A stretch of 64,000 nucleotides of DNA from an uncultured Candidatus Binatia bacterium (GTDB taxonomy: Bacteria; Desulfobacterota; Binatia; UBA9968; JAJDTQ01): positions 2,336,001 through 2,400,000 of the forward strand of contig OZ251459.1 of assembly GCA_965242525.1 (NCBI GenBank), given 5' to 3'. Each line of letters starts with the position of its first letter. Within the stretch, counting starts at the first letter, position 1. This document shows positions 35,757-44,880 of the stretch, in pieces. The notes under the pieces were generated by a model. That model saw only the letters and a program-made list of their open reading frames with translations. It was not told the DNA's origin and ran no database searches. Made by a program: the position numbers and the translations under genes.

Positions 35757-36827
35757 ATGGAGCGGCTGCGGGAGCAAGTGGCGGAGAAGGCCGCGGAGGC
35801 GTTCGGAAGCGGCGCCCGGGTCACCGGGGTGGAGCCGCTGGCGGGAGATGCGTCTTCCCGCCGCTATTTCCGGGCGGGGGTCGAGGTCCCCGGGGGACCG
35901 GAGTCGGTCATCGTAATGGCGTGGAGCGACGTGGGGCTGCCCATCTCGTCGGACGAGCTGGCGGTGTTCGAGGAGCCGCCGGAGGAATTGCCGTTCCTGA
36001 ACGTGCACCGGTTCCTCGAGAGGGTCGGGGTGAGGGTGCCCGCGGTCCACGGCCACTGGGTGGAAGACGGGCTGATGCTGCTGGAGGACCTGGGCGACGT
36101 GAGCCTCTGGGACAAGGTGCGGGAGGCGCCGGAAGCGGAGTCGCTCCGATGGTACCGGAAGGCCATCGACGAGCTGCTGGTGCTGCAAGTGGCCGGCACC
36201 CGGGCCCGGGACCACCACTGCATGGCCTTCGGACAGACGTTCGACCGGCGGCTCTACCTCTGGGAGCTCGAGCATTTCGTCGAGTACGGCCTGGAGCAGG
36301 GACGCCCGGGGAGCCTGCCGCGGGCGGAGCGGCAGGTGCTGGACGAGGAGTTCCGGGACATGGCGGAACGTCTGGACGGGCAACCGCGGGTGCTGAGCCA
36401 CCGGGACTACCATAGCTGGAACCTCATGGTCCACGACGGCGCGGTGGCGGTCATCGACTTCCAGGACGCGCTGCTGGCCCCGCGGACCTACGACCTGGCC
36501 TCGCTCCTGAACGACAGGGAGACCGACCGGGTGGTCACCCCCGGGATGGAGGAAGCCCTGGTCCGCTACCACCTCGAACGCACGGAGGCTCTGGGCGAGC
36601 CCCGGGCGGACCGCGACGAGTTCCGGGAGGCATACCTGCTCTCGGCGTTGCAGCGGGACCTCAAGGTGGTGGGCCGGTTCCGCTATCTGGACCTGGTCAA
36701 GCACAAGCCCGGCTACCGGCGTTACGTCCCGCGGACCCTGGAGCGCATCGGGAGGAACCTCCGGCGGATGCCGGGAACGGAGCGCTTGGCCGCGGTCCTC
36801 GCGGCCCACTTCGAGGAGGTCGCGTGA
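35757..36827 (+). CDS. amgK: Anomeric MurNAc/GlcNAc kinase (APH-like phosphotransferase)
   Basis: LAGDASSRRYFR, LLEDLGD, HRDYHSWN, IDFQDA; adjacent to murU. Confidence 0.85.
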   Translation: MERLREQVAEKAAEAFGSGARVTGVEPLAGDASSRRYFRAGVEVPGGPESVIVMAWSDVGLPISSDELAVFEEPPEELPFLNVHRFLERVGVRVPAVHGHWVEDGLMLLEDLGDVSLWDKVREAPEAESLRWYRKAIDELLVLQVAGTRARDHHCMAFGQTFDRRLYLWELEHFVEYGLEQGRPGSLPRAERQVLDEEFRDMAERLDGQPRVLSHRDYHSWNLMVHDGAVAVIDFQDALLAPRTYDLASLLNDRETDRVVTPGMEEALVRYHLERTEALGEPRADRDEFREAYLLSALQRDLKVVGRFRYLDLVKHKPGYRRYVPRTLERIGRNLRRMPGTERLAAVLAAHFEEVA

Positions 36828-37564
36828 GGGCGATGCTGTTGGCGGCCGGTCTCGGCACCCGGCTCCGGCCCCTCACCGACACCATGCCCAAGTGTCTCGT
36901 GCGGCTGCACGACCGGCCCATGATCGACTACCCGCTGTTGATGCTGCGCCGCTACGGCGTGCGCGAGATCGTGGTCAACCTCCACCACTTCGCGGACCAG
37001 GTGGAGGAATACCTGGGCGACGGCGCCCGCTTCGGCGTCCATATCGTTTGCTCACGGGAAGAGACGCTGCTCGACACCGGCGGCGGCATCCTGAGGGTCC
37101 GGAGCCTCCTGGACCAGGGCGCCTTCGTGGTGGTGAACGGCGACGTGCTCATCGACCTGCGGCTGGACCGGGTGCTGCGGTTCCACCGGCAGCGAGGGGC
37201 CGCGGCCACCCTGGTGCTGCGAAAGGACCCCGCGGCGGACGCCTACGGGGCCATCTGCACCGACGCGCACGGGAACGTCTGCCGGTTCCTCCACCACGAA
37301 GCCCCCCGCGCCCCGCGGGGGAAGCTGGAGCAGTACATGTTCACGGGAGTCCAGGTGCTGGAGCCGACCGTCTTCCGTTACATGGACGAGGACGAAGCCC
37401 CCTTCGGCATCACCCGGCGCACGTACCCGCGAATGCTGAAGGCGGCCGAGAGGCTGTCGGGTTTTCGCTTCGACGGCGAATGGCAGGACCTGGGAACGCC
37501 CGAGCGGCTGGAGAGCGCGGAGCGGAGACTGCGGAGCGGCGCCTGGAAGCCGCATTTCCTGTAG
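36824..37564 (+). CDS. murU: MurNAc-1-phosphate uridylyltransferase-like nucleotidyltransferase
   Basis: AMLLAAGLGTRLRPLT, LLDTGGGI, WQDLGTPE. Confidence 0.82.
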   Translation: MRAMLLAAGLGTRLRPLTDTMPKCLVRLHDRPMIDYPLLMLRRYGVREIVVNLHHFADQVEEYLGDGARFGVHIVCSREETLLDTGGGILRVRSLLDQGAFVVVNGDVLIDLRLDRVLRFHRQRGAAATLVLRKDPAADAYGAICTDAHGNVCRFLHHEAPRAPRGKLEQYMFTGVQVLEPTVFRYMDEDEAPFGITRRTYPRMLKAAERLSGFRFDGEWQDLGTPERLESAERRLRSGAWKPHFL

Positions 37565-37671
37565 GGCCACGAAATTGCGGGCGGCCCCTATGGAAATTCC
37601 GTGCGTTGTCGATATACAATAGCAGGACAACGGGCTCCATGACGGAGGGAGGAAAGCGAAGGAGAAGCCCG

Positions 37672-38139
37672 ATGGAGTGGATGACGATCCTGCAGGCCGT
37701 GGTCACCGTCGGCTTCGCCGTCCTCGCGCTGGCGGTGACCTTGATGGGGAAGCGCTTCGACGACATGCGCGGGTCCACGGACAACCGCTTCGACGACACG
37801 CGCCATCACACAGACACTCGCTTCGAGGCCGTGGAAAGGCGCTTCGATGACGTGGACCAACGTTTCAACACCGTGGACAAGCGCATCGACGACATGCGCC
37901 ATGACATGGACGAACGCTTCCGCGGCGTGGACAGGCGTTTCGACGACATGGAGAAGCGTTTCGAGGATATGGAGAAACGCTTCGACCAGCGTTTCGAGAA
38001 CATGGACAAGCGCTTTGAAAACATGGACAAGCGTTTCGACGACATGGACAGACGTTTCGACGACATGGCGAAGCGCTTCGACGACATGCGTGGATACCTG
38101 CTGCACGAGCGCGGAGGCGACAGGCCCAGCGCCGCCTGA
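37672..38139 (+). CDS. TM-anchored coiled-coil protein with RFDDMDK heptad repeats
   Basis: MEWMTILQAVVTVGFAVLALAVTLM plus many 7-aa (21-bp) repeats; AGGAG RBS, upstream TACAAT. Confidence 0.82.
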   Translation: MEWMTILQAVVTVGFAVLALAVTLMGKRFDDMRGSTDNRFDDTRHHTDTRFEAVERRFDDVDQRFNTVDKRIDDMRHDMDERFRGVDRRFDDMEKRFEDMEKRFDQRFENMDKRFENMDKRFDDMDRRFDDMAKRFDDMRGYLLHERGGDRPSAA

Positions 38140-38167
38140 ACCGGCGCGCGGCGCGCCGAACGAGCGG

Positions 38168-38917
38168 TTACTTCCGGTCCCTCTTGTTGTCCAAGTACTC
38201 GCTCTGGTCCTTGTAGGCTTCGGCGTCGTAGAGCTCCCTGTCGATTCGATGCAGCAGGTCCTCCCCGGCCACGATGATCTTGCGCTTTTCCGAGACGCCC
38301 TTCCGCGCTAGGGAGATGTTGCGCCGCAGTGACCGTCGGACCACGCCCCTGGTGTCCCAGAACTCCGGAGTGAAGTCCCTGTAGCCGTCCTGGGTCGCCC
38401 TGGCCAACAGGGACAACCCGCCCTTGTAGCTCTCGAGGCCCGCTTCGTCGTCGCCCTGCTGCAACTGGGTCAGTCCCATGACCAGCCAGCCGATCTCGTC
38501 CTCCCGGTTCACCGCCAACGCCCGCGTGAGCACGTCGTAGGCGGCCCGGTACCTGCCCGCGTAATAATAGGCCCGCCCGAGTTGCGTCAGGCTGTCACGG
38601 TACTTGGGGTCCCTGCGGACCACGTACTGGAGGTCCGCGATGGCCTTGCGCGAGTTCCCGCCCTTCCGGCTCTTGCGCAATTCGTCCACGGCGTCGTTGT
38701 ACTTGCCGCCGACGCCGAAACCCGCCGGCCTCCAACACCCCGCCGTGCCCAGGTTCAGGGCTACCAACGCGGCCGCGACCGCCATCCACGCAGTCCTCTT
38801 CGGAAACCCTGAACGATTCCGGCTTGAACCGCATCTCCCTGCGGGAAAGCGCGTCCTTCGACTTCGCTTCGCTACGCTCAGGATGAACGGGGATAATTGT
38901 TCCGAGTTTCCCTTCAT
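38168..38917 (-). CDS. TPR lipoprotein with an in-frame MITE in its N-terminus
   Basis: GAGGA RBS, MK[38-aa insert]RTAWMAVAAALVALNLGTAGC lipobox, TPR helices. Confidence 0.82.
   Translation of the reverse strand: MKGNSEQLSPFILSVAKRSRRTRFPAGRCGSSRNRSGFPKRTAWMAVAAALVALNLGTAGCWRPAGFGVGGKYNDAVDELRKSRKGGNSRKAIADLQYVVRRDPKYRDSLTQLGRAYYYAGRYRAAYDVLTRALAVNREDEIGWLVMGLTQLQQGDDEAGLESYKGGLSLLARATQDGYRDFTPEFWDTRGVVRRSLRRNISLARKGVSEKRKIIVAGEDLLHRIDRELYDAEAYKDQSEYLDNKRDRK
38802..38911. mobile_element. 110-bp MITE with terminal inverted repeats and CTTC target duplication
   Basis: GGAAACCCTGAACGAT...ATTGTTCCGAGTTTCC; CTTC at 38798-38801 and 38912-38915. Confidence 0.85.
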
Positions 38918-39140
38918 CTTCGATTCCTCGTCTTGCGCATGTCTTCGGGATTCCGAACCCCTCGGAACCCCGCCATCGTACACGTGTAGCGCATACGGCT
39001 ACCCGTAACCGTATAATCGAGAAACCACCCGCGGTCAAACCTGCCGTCGCTGTCCCCGCCCCCTCTCCCGCCCGAAACCCGGTTCCGAGTCGTTGACATG
39101 CAGCGGGCGAAGACGATAAGCACCGTTGTCAACATCGGAA

Positions 39141-39283
39141 GGGAACCCTGAACAATCACCTCCGTTCGTCATGAGCGTAGCGAAGCGAAGTCTCCCGTTC
39201 ATCCTGAGCGTAGCGAAGCGAAGTCGAAGGACGGGCTTTCCCACAGGGAGATGCGATTCGAGCCGGAATCGTTCAGGGTTTCC
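39141..39283. mobile_element. 143-bp MITE with GGAA target duplication
   Basis: GGGAACCCTGAACAAT...ATCGTTCAGGGTTTCC; GGAA on both sides; duplicated REP core. Confidence 0.85.
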
Positions 39284-39299
39284 GGAAGGGAGCTGCGCC

Positions 39300-39401
39300 A
39301 TGACAGGGTTCGAAGCCGCGTCCGCCGCCTGCCGGAACGCCGAAGCCTTGCGGTCGCTCGTCAAGGGCATGGAGACCGCGCATGGGGTCCGGGCCGAATG
39401 A
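39300..39401 (+). pseudogene. Collapsed remnant of an MTEFEAA-family coiled-coil gene
   Basis: MTGFEAASAACRNAEALRSLVKGME matches the N- and C-terminal parts of the 44292 and 57000 paralogs, with a similar RBS leader. Confidence 0.6.
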
Positions 39402-40351
39402 ACAGATCCGAACTCGACCGCGTTGTCTTGTCTTCGGCGATGGCTTCCAACACCAAGCTGGCTTATGAAAAGGGCTGGGCCTGTTTCGCCGCGTACTGCG
39501 CCAACGAAAACATCGACGACCCCTTGGCGGCCTCTCCCGACTCCGTGGCCCTTTTCCTGGTTCACTGCGCCACACGGCCCCGTTCCACCAACGGCGTCCC
39601 CCTGTCCATGGGCACCGTCGTCCTCTACAACAGCGCCATCACCAAACGCTACGCCGACGCCGGCAAGACCTCGCCCACCCATCACCCCCTCGTCCGGGCG
39701 ACCCTCAAGGGGCTGGCCCGCGCCAGGGGCACGGCCCCCCGGCGAGTCAAGGCTTTGCGCGAGGAGCACATCCGGGCCATGATCGCCCGATGTCCCGACT
39801 CGGTCATCGGGGTCCGTGACGCCGCCCTTCTCGCCCTCGGCTTCGCCGCGGCCTTGCGCCGGTCGGAACTCTGCGGGTTGTCCGTGGACGACGTGACCGT
39901 CCTGCCGCAGGACCGGGACCATCCCCGGCGGATGCTGCTGACCATCCGCCGGTCCAAGACGGACCAGGCCGGCAACGGCCAGACGATCCCCATCCCGGAA
40001 GGCCGGCTGATTCGCCCCATTGCCCGCGTGCAGGATTGGCTGTCCGCGTCCGGCATCACGCGCGGGCCGCTGTTCCGGGCCATGAGACGGGGCGGCTCCG
40101 TGCAGGAGGGACCGCTGCACAATTCGGACGTTCCGCGCCTGGTCAAGCGCTACGCCGCCCTGATCGGCCTGGACCCCGGGGAGGTGTCGGGCCATTCGCT
40201 GCGGGCAGGCTTCGTGACCAGCGCCGCGGCGCACCGCGCCCGCCTCGACAAGATCATGGCCATCACCCGCCACACCAACCCCGCTACGGTCCTGAAGTAC
40301 ATCCGTGACGCCGAAGCCTTCGCCGACCACGCCGGCGACGGGTTCCTGTAA
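39398..40351 (+). CDS. Cre-like tyrosine site-specific recombinase
   Basis: SAM-like N-terminus; full catalytic set R (RRSEL), K (RSKTDQ), HxxR (HSLR), H (TRH), Y (KYIR). Confidence 0.93.
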   Translation: MNRSELDRVVLSSAMASNTKLAYEKGWACFAAYCANENIDDPLAASPDSVALFLVHCATRPRSTNGVPLSMGTVVLYNSAITKRYADAGKTSPTHHPLVRATLKGLARARGTAPRRVKALREEHIRAMIARCPDSVIGVRDAALLALGFAAALRRSELCGLSVDDVTVLPQDRDHPRRMLLTIRRSKTDQAGNGQTIPIPEGRLIRPIARVQDWLSASGITRGPLFRAMRRGGSVQEGPLHNSDVPRLVKRYAALIGLDPGEVSGHSLRAGFVTSAAAHRARLDKIMAITRHTNPATVLKYIRDAEAFADHAGDGFL

Positions 40352-40375
40352 ACGTTGCCAGCGCCGCCTGCCCAC

Positions 40376-40562
40376 GGAAACCCCGAACAAACATCCCCGT
40401 TCGCCCTGAGCATGGCGAAGCGAAGCATCCCGTTCGTCTGAGCGTAGCGAAGCCCCGTGTCCTGGGGGGAAAAGTGAAGTTCCCCGTGTCCTGAACATGG
40501 CAATGTGAAGTCCCCCCGTTCGTCCTGAGCGTAGCGAAGCGAAGTCGAAGGACGCGCTTTCC
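40376..40562. mobile_element. MITE/REP copy with multiple cores; right end missing
   Basis: GGAAACCCCGAACAA left end, three partial or complete REP cores. Confidence 0.75.
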
Positions 40563-40565
40563 ATA

Positions 40566-40593
40566 GTCCTCGGTTATCTACCTAACTGAGGAC
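40566..40593 (+). other. Putative tyrosine-recombinase site A (11-6-11)
   Basis: GTCCTCGGTTA-TCTACC-TAACTGAGGAC: arms inverted with 1 mismatch; marks the start of porin homology. Confidence 0.7.
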
Positions 40594-41748
40594 AACAACG
40601 AGGAGGGCTACCAGCAGGGCCAGATCCGGATTCGGCGGTTCCGCCCGTCCATCAACGTGACCTCGCAGCAGGGCTTCTACGAAGTGAGGTGGACCTTCAA
40701 CGGAAACAGCGCAGCCTTCGATGGCGACGGCTACCTCCACTTCGAGAAGATGAACCCCTACCTCCCCACGGTGGGATTCGGGTTCAATCCCAGTATCACG
40801 GGCTTGAACGAGAGCGCCTATCGGGTTGAAGACTCCATCCTCGCTGACACTCTGGCTTTCGCAGGGAGCCAGGACCGGAGCCTCGTGTTCGCATGGAACA
40901 AGCTCCCTGCCATGGGAACCGCGAAGGTCGCTTACCTGAACTTCGCCATCGGCCATGACGAGAAGCCGGTCAGCGCCAAGGATACGTATATGGGCACGAC
41001 CGCCTCGGGTGAAGCCGTCACCGTCACGGGTCCCTCGAGGGGGACGGACGAGTACGCGAGGCACCCGGCCGTCACCGACAACTCCCGTTCGATGCTCGTT
41101 ACCCTCGGACTGAAGCCCCTTGGCGCCGCCAAGGCGATGGGGGGCATCGATATGTCCAGCTTCCAGTACGATTTCGCCTACGAGAACCTGAGGAACAGTT
41201 ACAACGAAGGCGGCTTTGCAGGCGGCCTCTGGACCGTCAACGCCACCAAGAATGTCAAATTGGCCAGCCTTGGAAGCGCTGTAGGTGACCACACCTTCGT
41301 GGGGCACGGCCTCCAATGGAGCCCCCTAAAGCCAGTGTCTCTTGCCACTCATTTCATAGACTGGAAGGCCGACGCCGACGCGGGCGTGGCGGCCGACCTG
41401 CGGGCCACCGAGTGGAGGGTTGCGCTCAACATATGGCTGTGGGGTCCCAAGAGCGGCATGATGGGCGGAAGCAAGAGCGAAGGCGGCATCTCCACCTCTC
41501 CGATGTATTCCGTAGTGGACCTGAAAGACATGGGCACCGCACCCAATGGTGTTGCCAAGCCCATCGGCGAAGTGAAGAACCTGGGGTGGGCGGTCGTGTA
41601 CAATGTCCCCGGCGGCTGGATGCAGATCCACGGTATCTGGGACAGGTACGAGTGCGACCCGCAGATTTGTGACCCCGCGGTGGCGCTGGTATCCGAAAAC
41701 GGCAAGTCCTTCAGCACCTTCACCCTGGTCGCAGAGTACAGGTTCTAG
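40579..41748 (+). CDS. Silent (start-less) porin C-terminal cassette, 389 aa, paralog of 46078-47469
   Basis: Open from YLTEDNNEEG to AEYRF; in-frame TAG at 40564; no RBS, start or signal peptide. Confidence 0.85.
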   Translation, partial: YLTEDNNEEGYQQGQIRIRRFRPSINVTSQQGFYEVRWTFNGNSAAFDGDGYLHFEKMNPYLPTVGFGFNPSITGLNESAYRVEDSILADTLAFAGSQDRSLVFAWNKLPAMGTAKVAYLNFAIGHDEKPVSAKDTYMGTTASGEAVTVTGPSRGTDEYARHPAVTDNSRSMLVTLGLKPLGAAKAMGGIDMSSFQYDFAYENLRNSYNEGGFAGGLWTVNATKNVKLASLGSAVGDHTFVGHGLQWSPLKPVSLATHFIDWKADADAGVAADLRATEWRVALNIWLWGPKSGMMGGSKSEGGISTSPMYSVVDLKDMGTAPNGVAKPIGEVKNLGWAVVYNVPGGWMQIHGIWDRYECDPQICDPAVALVSENGKSFSTFTLVAEYRF

Positions 41749-41766
41749 GGTCATCGTTTCGGCTTG

Positions 41767-41823
41767 AAAAGGAGAGAAGGAAGGGCATCCTTTCGGGGAT
41801 GAGCCTCCTTCTCTCCTTTTTTT
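41767..41823 (+). terminator. Intrinsic terminator after the silent porin cassette
   Basis: AAAAGGAGAGAAGGA...TCCTTCTCTCCTTTTTT hairpin plus U-tract. Confidence 0.8.
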
Positions 41824-41909
41824 CTCTCAGGAGGGTTGCAATGAAGGGAACGATTTTGGCGTTGGCGGTAGCAGGCGTGTTGAGTGGATTTAAGGAAGGA
41901 AGGCATCTT

Positions 41910-42209
41910 ATGACACAAATCACGACAGCGACACACGATACGCTCGGTCGTAGCAAAAGGCGTTTGGTTGTACGGGGTCTTGCGTACATCCTCACCGTCG
42001 TCGCTATTGTCTCCGTTGTCTCCGTACTGTTTCGTTTCGACTCGGTGGAAGCGCAGACAACATGCACAAGGGGGGAGGCCGCCGCCGAAGCAGTGAGGCT
42101 CCAAGGCGGATATGTGATATCGGTCTCTCAAAGAAATGGGGAATTTGTCGTCCAAATGATCGACGGTAACGGCAAGCACAGGGAGATCAAAATCCTGCGG
42201 AAATGCTGA
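41910..42209 (+). CDS. Small exported protein, PepSY-like (low GC)
   Basis: Hydrophobic segment then AAAEAVRLQGGYVISVSQRNGEFVVQMIDGNGKHREIKI; start uncertain. Confidence 0.55.
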   Translation: MTQITTATHDTLGRSKRRLVVRGLAYILTVVAIVSVVSVLFRFDSVEAQTTCTRGEAAAEAVRLQGGYVISVSQRNGEFVVQMIDGNGKHREIKILRKC

Positions 42210-42970
42210 AGGCTGCAATTCTTCATGGGAGGTGCCGAATGTTTCGCAAGCCGAACGACATTTTTGCTTCCAACAAAGGCTTGGCGGCCACACGCTTGGT
42301 ACGACACTGGAAACTTGTGTTTTGGCGACTACTCTGGTTTATTGCAATTACAGTTTTGTTCGGACACACTTTAGGTTTGCCTTTCAAGCAAACGGAGCCT
42401 TATCTAACACAAGACATCCATCTTCTTGGTCAGATGTTGCGTTTTGAAATAGAAAACAAGATGAACAACGGAGACACAGAGCAACAAAGTGACAACGATG
42501 ACGGAAGGATCAAGAAGAAGAAGGCGGAGATGATTAGCAAGATTTCGCAAAACCTATTGACCGGCTTAAGTGCTACCTGGTACTTTGTTTGTGTTACTCA
42601 TAGCGGAGAATTCTTGGCAGGAGCCCCAGCGTCCGCCAAGCATTGGTGCGATGGAGATACCATAGAGAAGCATTCTTCTGGTAATCTACACAAGAAGTAC
42701 TATGTTGTGCAAGCGCGTAAGTCCGGAGGTATAGAGATACCTACAACGCTCCATTCTGTGAAGGATGGATATGGAAGCGGCTTTCACCTCTGGGTGGTTA
42801 AGAGACTTCAAGCAGAGCAAGTAGATCCGATATATTATTTGATCCAAAATAACTTTGTTCATGTCGTGCTGATACTTGGAATAATAGTGCTTTCCACGTA
42901 TGCTCTAGGGCATTTCATTCGGCAGGAAAGTCGATCCAAGAATGATTCCGGCGGAGAAAGAGTCGACTGA
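42203..42970 (+). CDS. Low-GC two-TM protein with extracytoplasmic domain
   Basis: 255-aa ORF in AT-rich DNA; TM near the N-terminus and near the C-terminus. Confidence 0.65.
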   Translation: MLKAAILHGRCRMFRKPNDIFASNKGLAATRLVRHWKLVFWRLLWFIAITVLFGHTLGLPFKQTEPYLTQDIHLLGQMLRFEIENKMNNGDTEQQSDNDDGRIKKKKAEMISKISQNLLTGLSATWYFVCVTHSGEFLAGAPASAKHWCDGDTIEKHSSGNLHKKYYVVQARKSGGIEIPTTLHSVKDGYGSGFHLWVVKRLQAEQVDPIYYLIQNNFVHVVLILGIIVLSTYALGHFIRQESRSKNDSGGERVD

Positions 42971-43203
42971 ACCCTGCGATACAGAAGGGTTATGGGCAAG
43001 AGGTGATCGAACCACTCCATTGGAGATACACATCAAGGATACCGAGATGGAAGTAGATGGCGTCACGGAAGCGCTGGCGATTGCGATAGCTGCAGACACG
43101 GTGCCCCAACCCCTGGAGGTGCTGTTTCGCAGGGCCGCGAACTCTTTCCACCGCTGACGCTTCAGGTTCTCGGGGTTCCCGAGCCACGGGTAGCGGGCGC
43201 CTT

Positions 43204-43878
43204 TCAGCCGTTGCGCCCCTTCTCCCGGCAGCTTGCGCTGTTCCTGTCGCCACGCAAGCTACTTCCCGTCGCTCTCAGAAAAGCCCCTGTCCGAGATTCG
43301 TCCTTCAGGAATCGGGTCGCCTCGCCCATGTACAGGCAATTACGCATCTGTTGCCGGGACAGGGGGACCCCGCCGTTCACTCGCTCGAAGATGTCCAGTC
43401 GAGCCTGTTCGGGAACCTTCGCGTCGATGACGTACAGGATCAGGTTGCAGTCCTCGACGCGATTTTGTAGCTTGGGCGTCAGATCTTCGAATTTCTTGCT
43501 GTTCAGTTCGGGCCGGTCCTCAAGTCAAAGCTGGAGTTCGTTGTTCACGAAACGCTGGAAGGTGGTCAGCCTTTGCAGCCCGTCCACGACCACCAGACGT
43601 TCCCGGTCGTCCTCCGCGAGATAGAAGACGGGCAGAGGGATCCGCATCACCACGGACTCGATCAGTCTGCTCTGCTTGTCCGGATCCCAGATGAAGTCAC
43701 GCTGGAAGGCCGGATCCATCACGAAGGCTCCCCGCTCTATCCTGCGCAGAACATCGTGCACAGTGCGGGTCTCGTTCCGTATCAGCAGGGTGTCGATGGG
43801 ATAGTCGCCCCAGGAGGCGGCTTTGTCGTCTCCCAGACCTTCGATCTTCTCAGGCTCGGTGTCGGTGGGTGTCGTCAT
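43204..43878 (-). pseudogene. DUF262 (ParB-like, GmrS-type) gene with internal stop and 3' truncation
   Basis: PAFQRDFIW, VVDGLQRLTT, in-frame TGA at 43525, then LDIFERVNGGVPLSRQQMRN in the same frame. Confidence 0.85.
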
Positions 43879-43980
43879 GTTACTTGCCCTGTGTTGACCA
43901 GGCGTAGCGCACATCCCGGCCCACGTACCTGGCCAGACGCGAAAGGGTGGCGGCGCCGGCCGTTACCGGCGCGGCAGATG

Positions 43981-44259
43981 CTACCACTCCCAATACCAGG
44001 CGGAGAGAATGTCGCGGCCCACGTAATCGACCAACCGCCAGAGGACGACGGTGGCGGCCAGACAGAGCGCGGCCACGGGGATGGTGAGCCACCACCACCA
44101 GAAGCCGACCAGGTAGCCCAGGACGGCCAGAATCAGCAACGCTCCGGTCGTCCCTCCCGCAAGTCCCATGACTCCCATAACGACAAGCTGAAGGTCGAGC
44201 TTCCCGGCGTCACTCATACGGGCAAGGCGGCGGTCCAGCCGTGCTTTCAGGCGTGTCAT
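43981..44259 (-). CDS. Small two-TM membrane protein
   Basis: 92 aa, GGAGGGAG RBS, hydrophobic with FWWWWL. Confidence 0.65.
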   Translation of the reverse strand: MTRLKARLDRRLARMSDAGKLDLQLVVMGVMGLAGGTTGALLILAVLGYLVGFWWWWLTIPVAALCLAATVVLWRLVDYVGRDILSAWYWEW

Positions 44260-44291
44260 GGCGGTTCTCCCTCCCGTGGCGGCGCCGGCCG

Positions 44292-44804
44292 TTACTGGCG
44301 CGGCGCGGTCCGTTCGATGACGGCCTCCATGCTCTTGACCGCGGCGCGCAAGCTCTCGCCCTGCTGCCGTAGTGCTTCCATTGCTTCGGCGTGGCGCTGG
44401 TCAGCTTCGGCGCGCTGCGCTTCGGCTTGGTGGCGCTGCGCTTCCATCTGCGCCTCGACTTGGCGGCGCTGCGCTTCCGTCTGCGCTTCGATCTGGCGGT
44501 GCTGCGCTTCGGCTTGGCTGCGTTGTGCTTCGGCTTGGCGGTGCTGCGCTTCGATCTGCGCTTCGATCTGGCGGTGCTGCGCTTCGGCTTGGCTGCGCTG
44601 CGCTTCTATCTGCGCTTCGATCTGGCGGGCGCGGTCCCGGTTGGACCTGTCCATGACCCGGATACCCCGGAGGACCACGAAGATCTGACCGAGGCCCACC
44701 AGTCCGGTGACGAGCGGGATGGCGACAGCGGCCCAAAACTGTAGCTGCTGCAAGGCAAGCGCGGCCTGCTGGTAGGCTACCGTTGCGGCTTCGAACTCCG
44801 TCAT
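44292..44804 (-). CDS. MTEFEAA-family TM-anchored coiled-coil protein with EAQ repeats
   Basis: TM followed by QAEAQRRQ/QIEAQ tandem repeats; paralog of 57000-57824. Confidence 0.8.
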   Translation of the reverse strand: MTEFEAATVAYQQAALALQQLQFWAAVAIPLVTGLVGLGQIFVVLRGIRVMDRSNRDRARQIEAQIEAQRSQAEAQHRQIEAQIEAQHRQAEAQRSQAEAQHRQIEAQTEAQRRQVEAQMEAQRHQAEAQRAEADQRHAEAMEALRQQGESLRAAVKSMEAVIERTAPRQ

Positions 44805-44880
44805 GGCGTGTCTCCCTTCCTCCCCTCCGGCAGCGGCCGCTACTGGCCCGGCGCTGCATGGCCGTAGCGCAACCTGGCAA

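Noticed and set aside
40657-41748. Porin copy as an independent gene starting at GTG 40657
   Set aside because: Homology extends 26 codons upstream of this GTG; no RBS or signal peptide.
42942-43157. 71-aa ORF after the low-GC genes
   Set aside because: No recognisable motif or RBS; cannot be supported.
43525-43527. In-frame TGA in DUF262 as selenocysteine or readthrough
   Set aside because: Not at a Cys-type catalytic position, and the gene is also 3'-truncated; a pseudogene is simpler.
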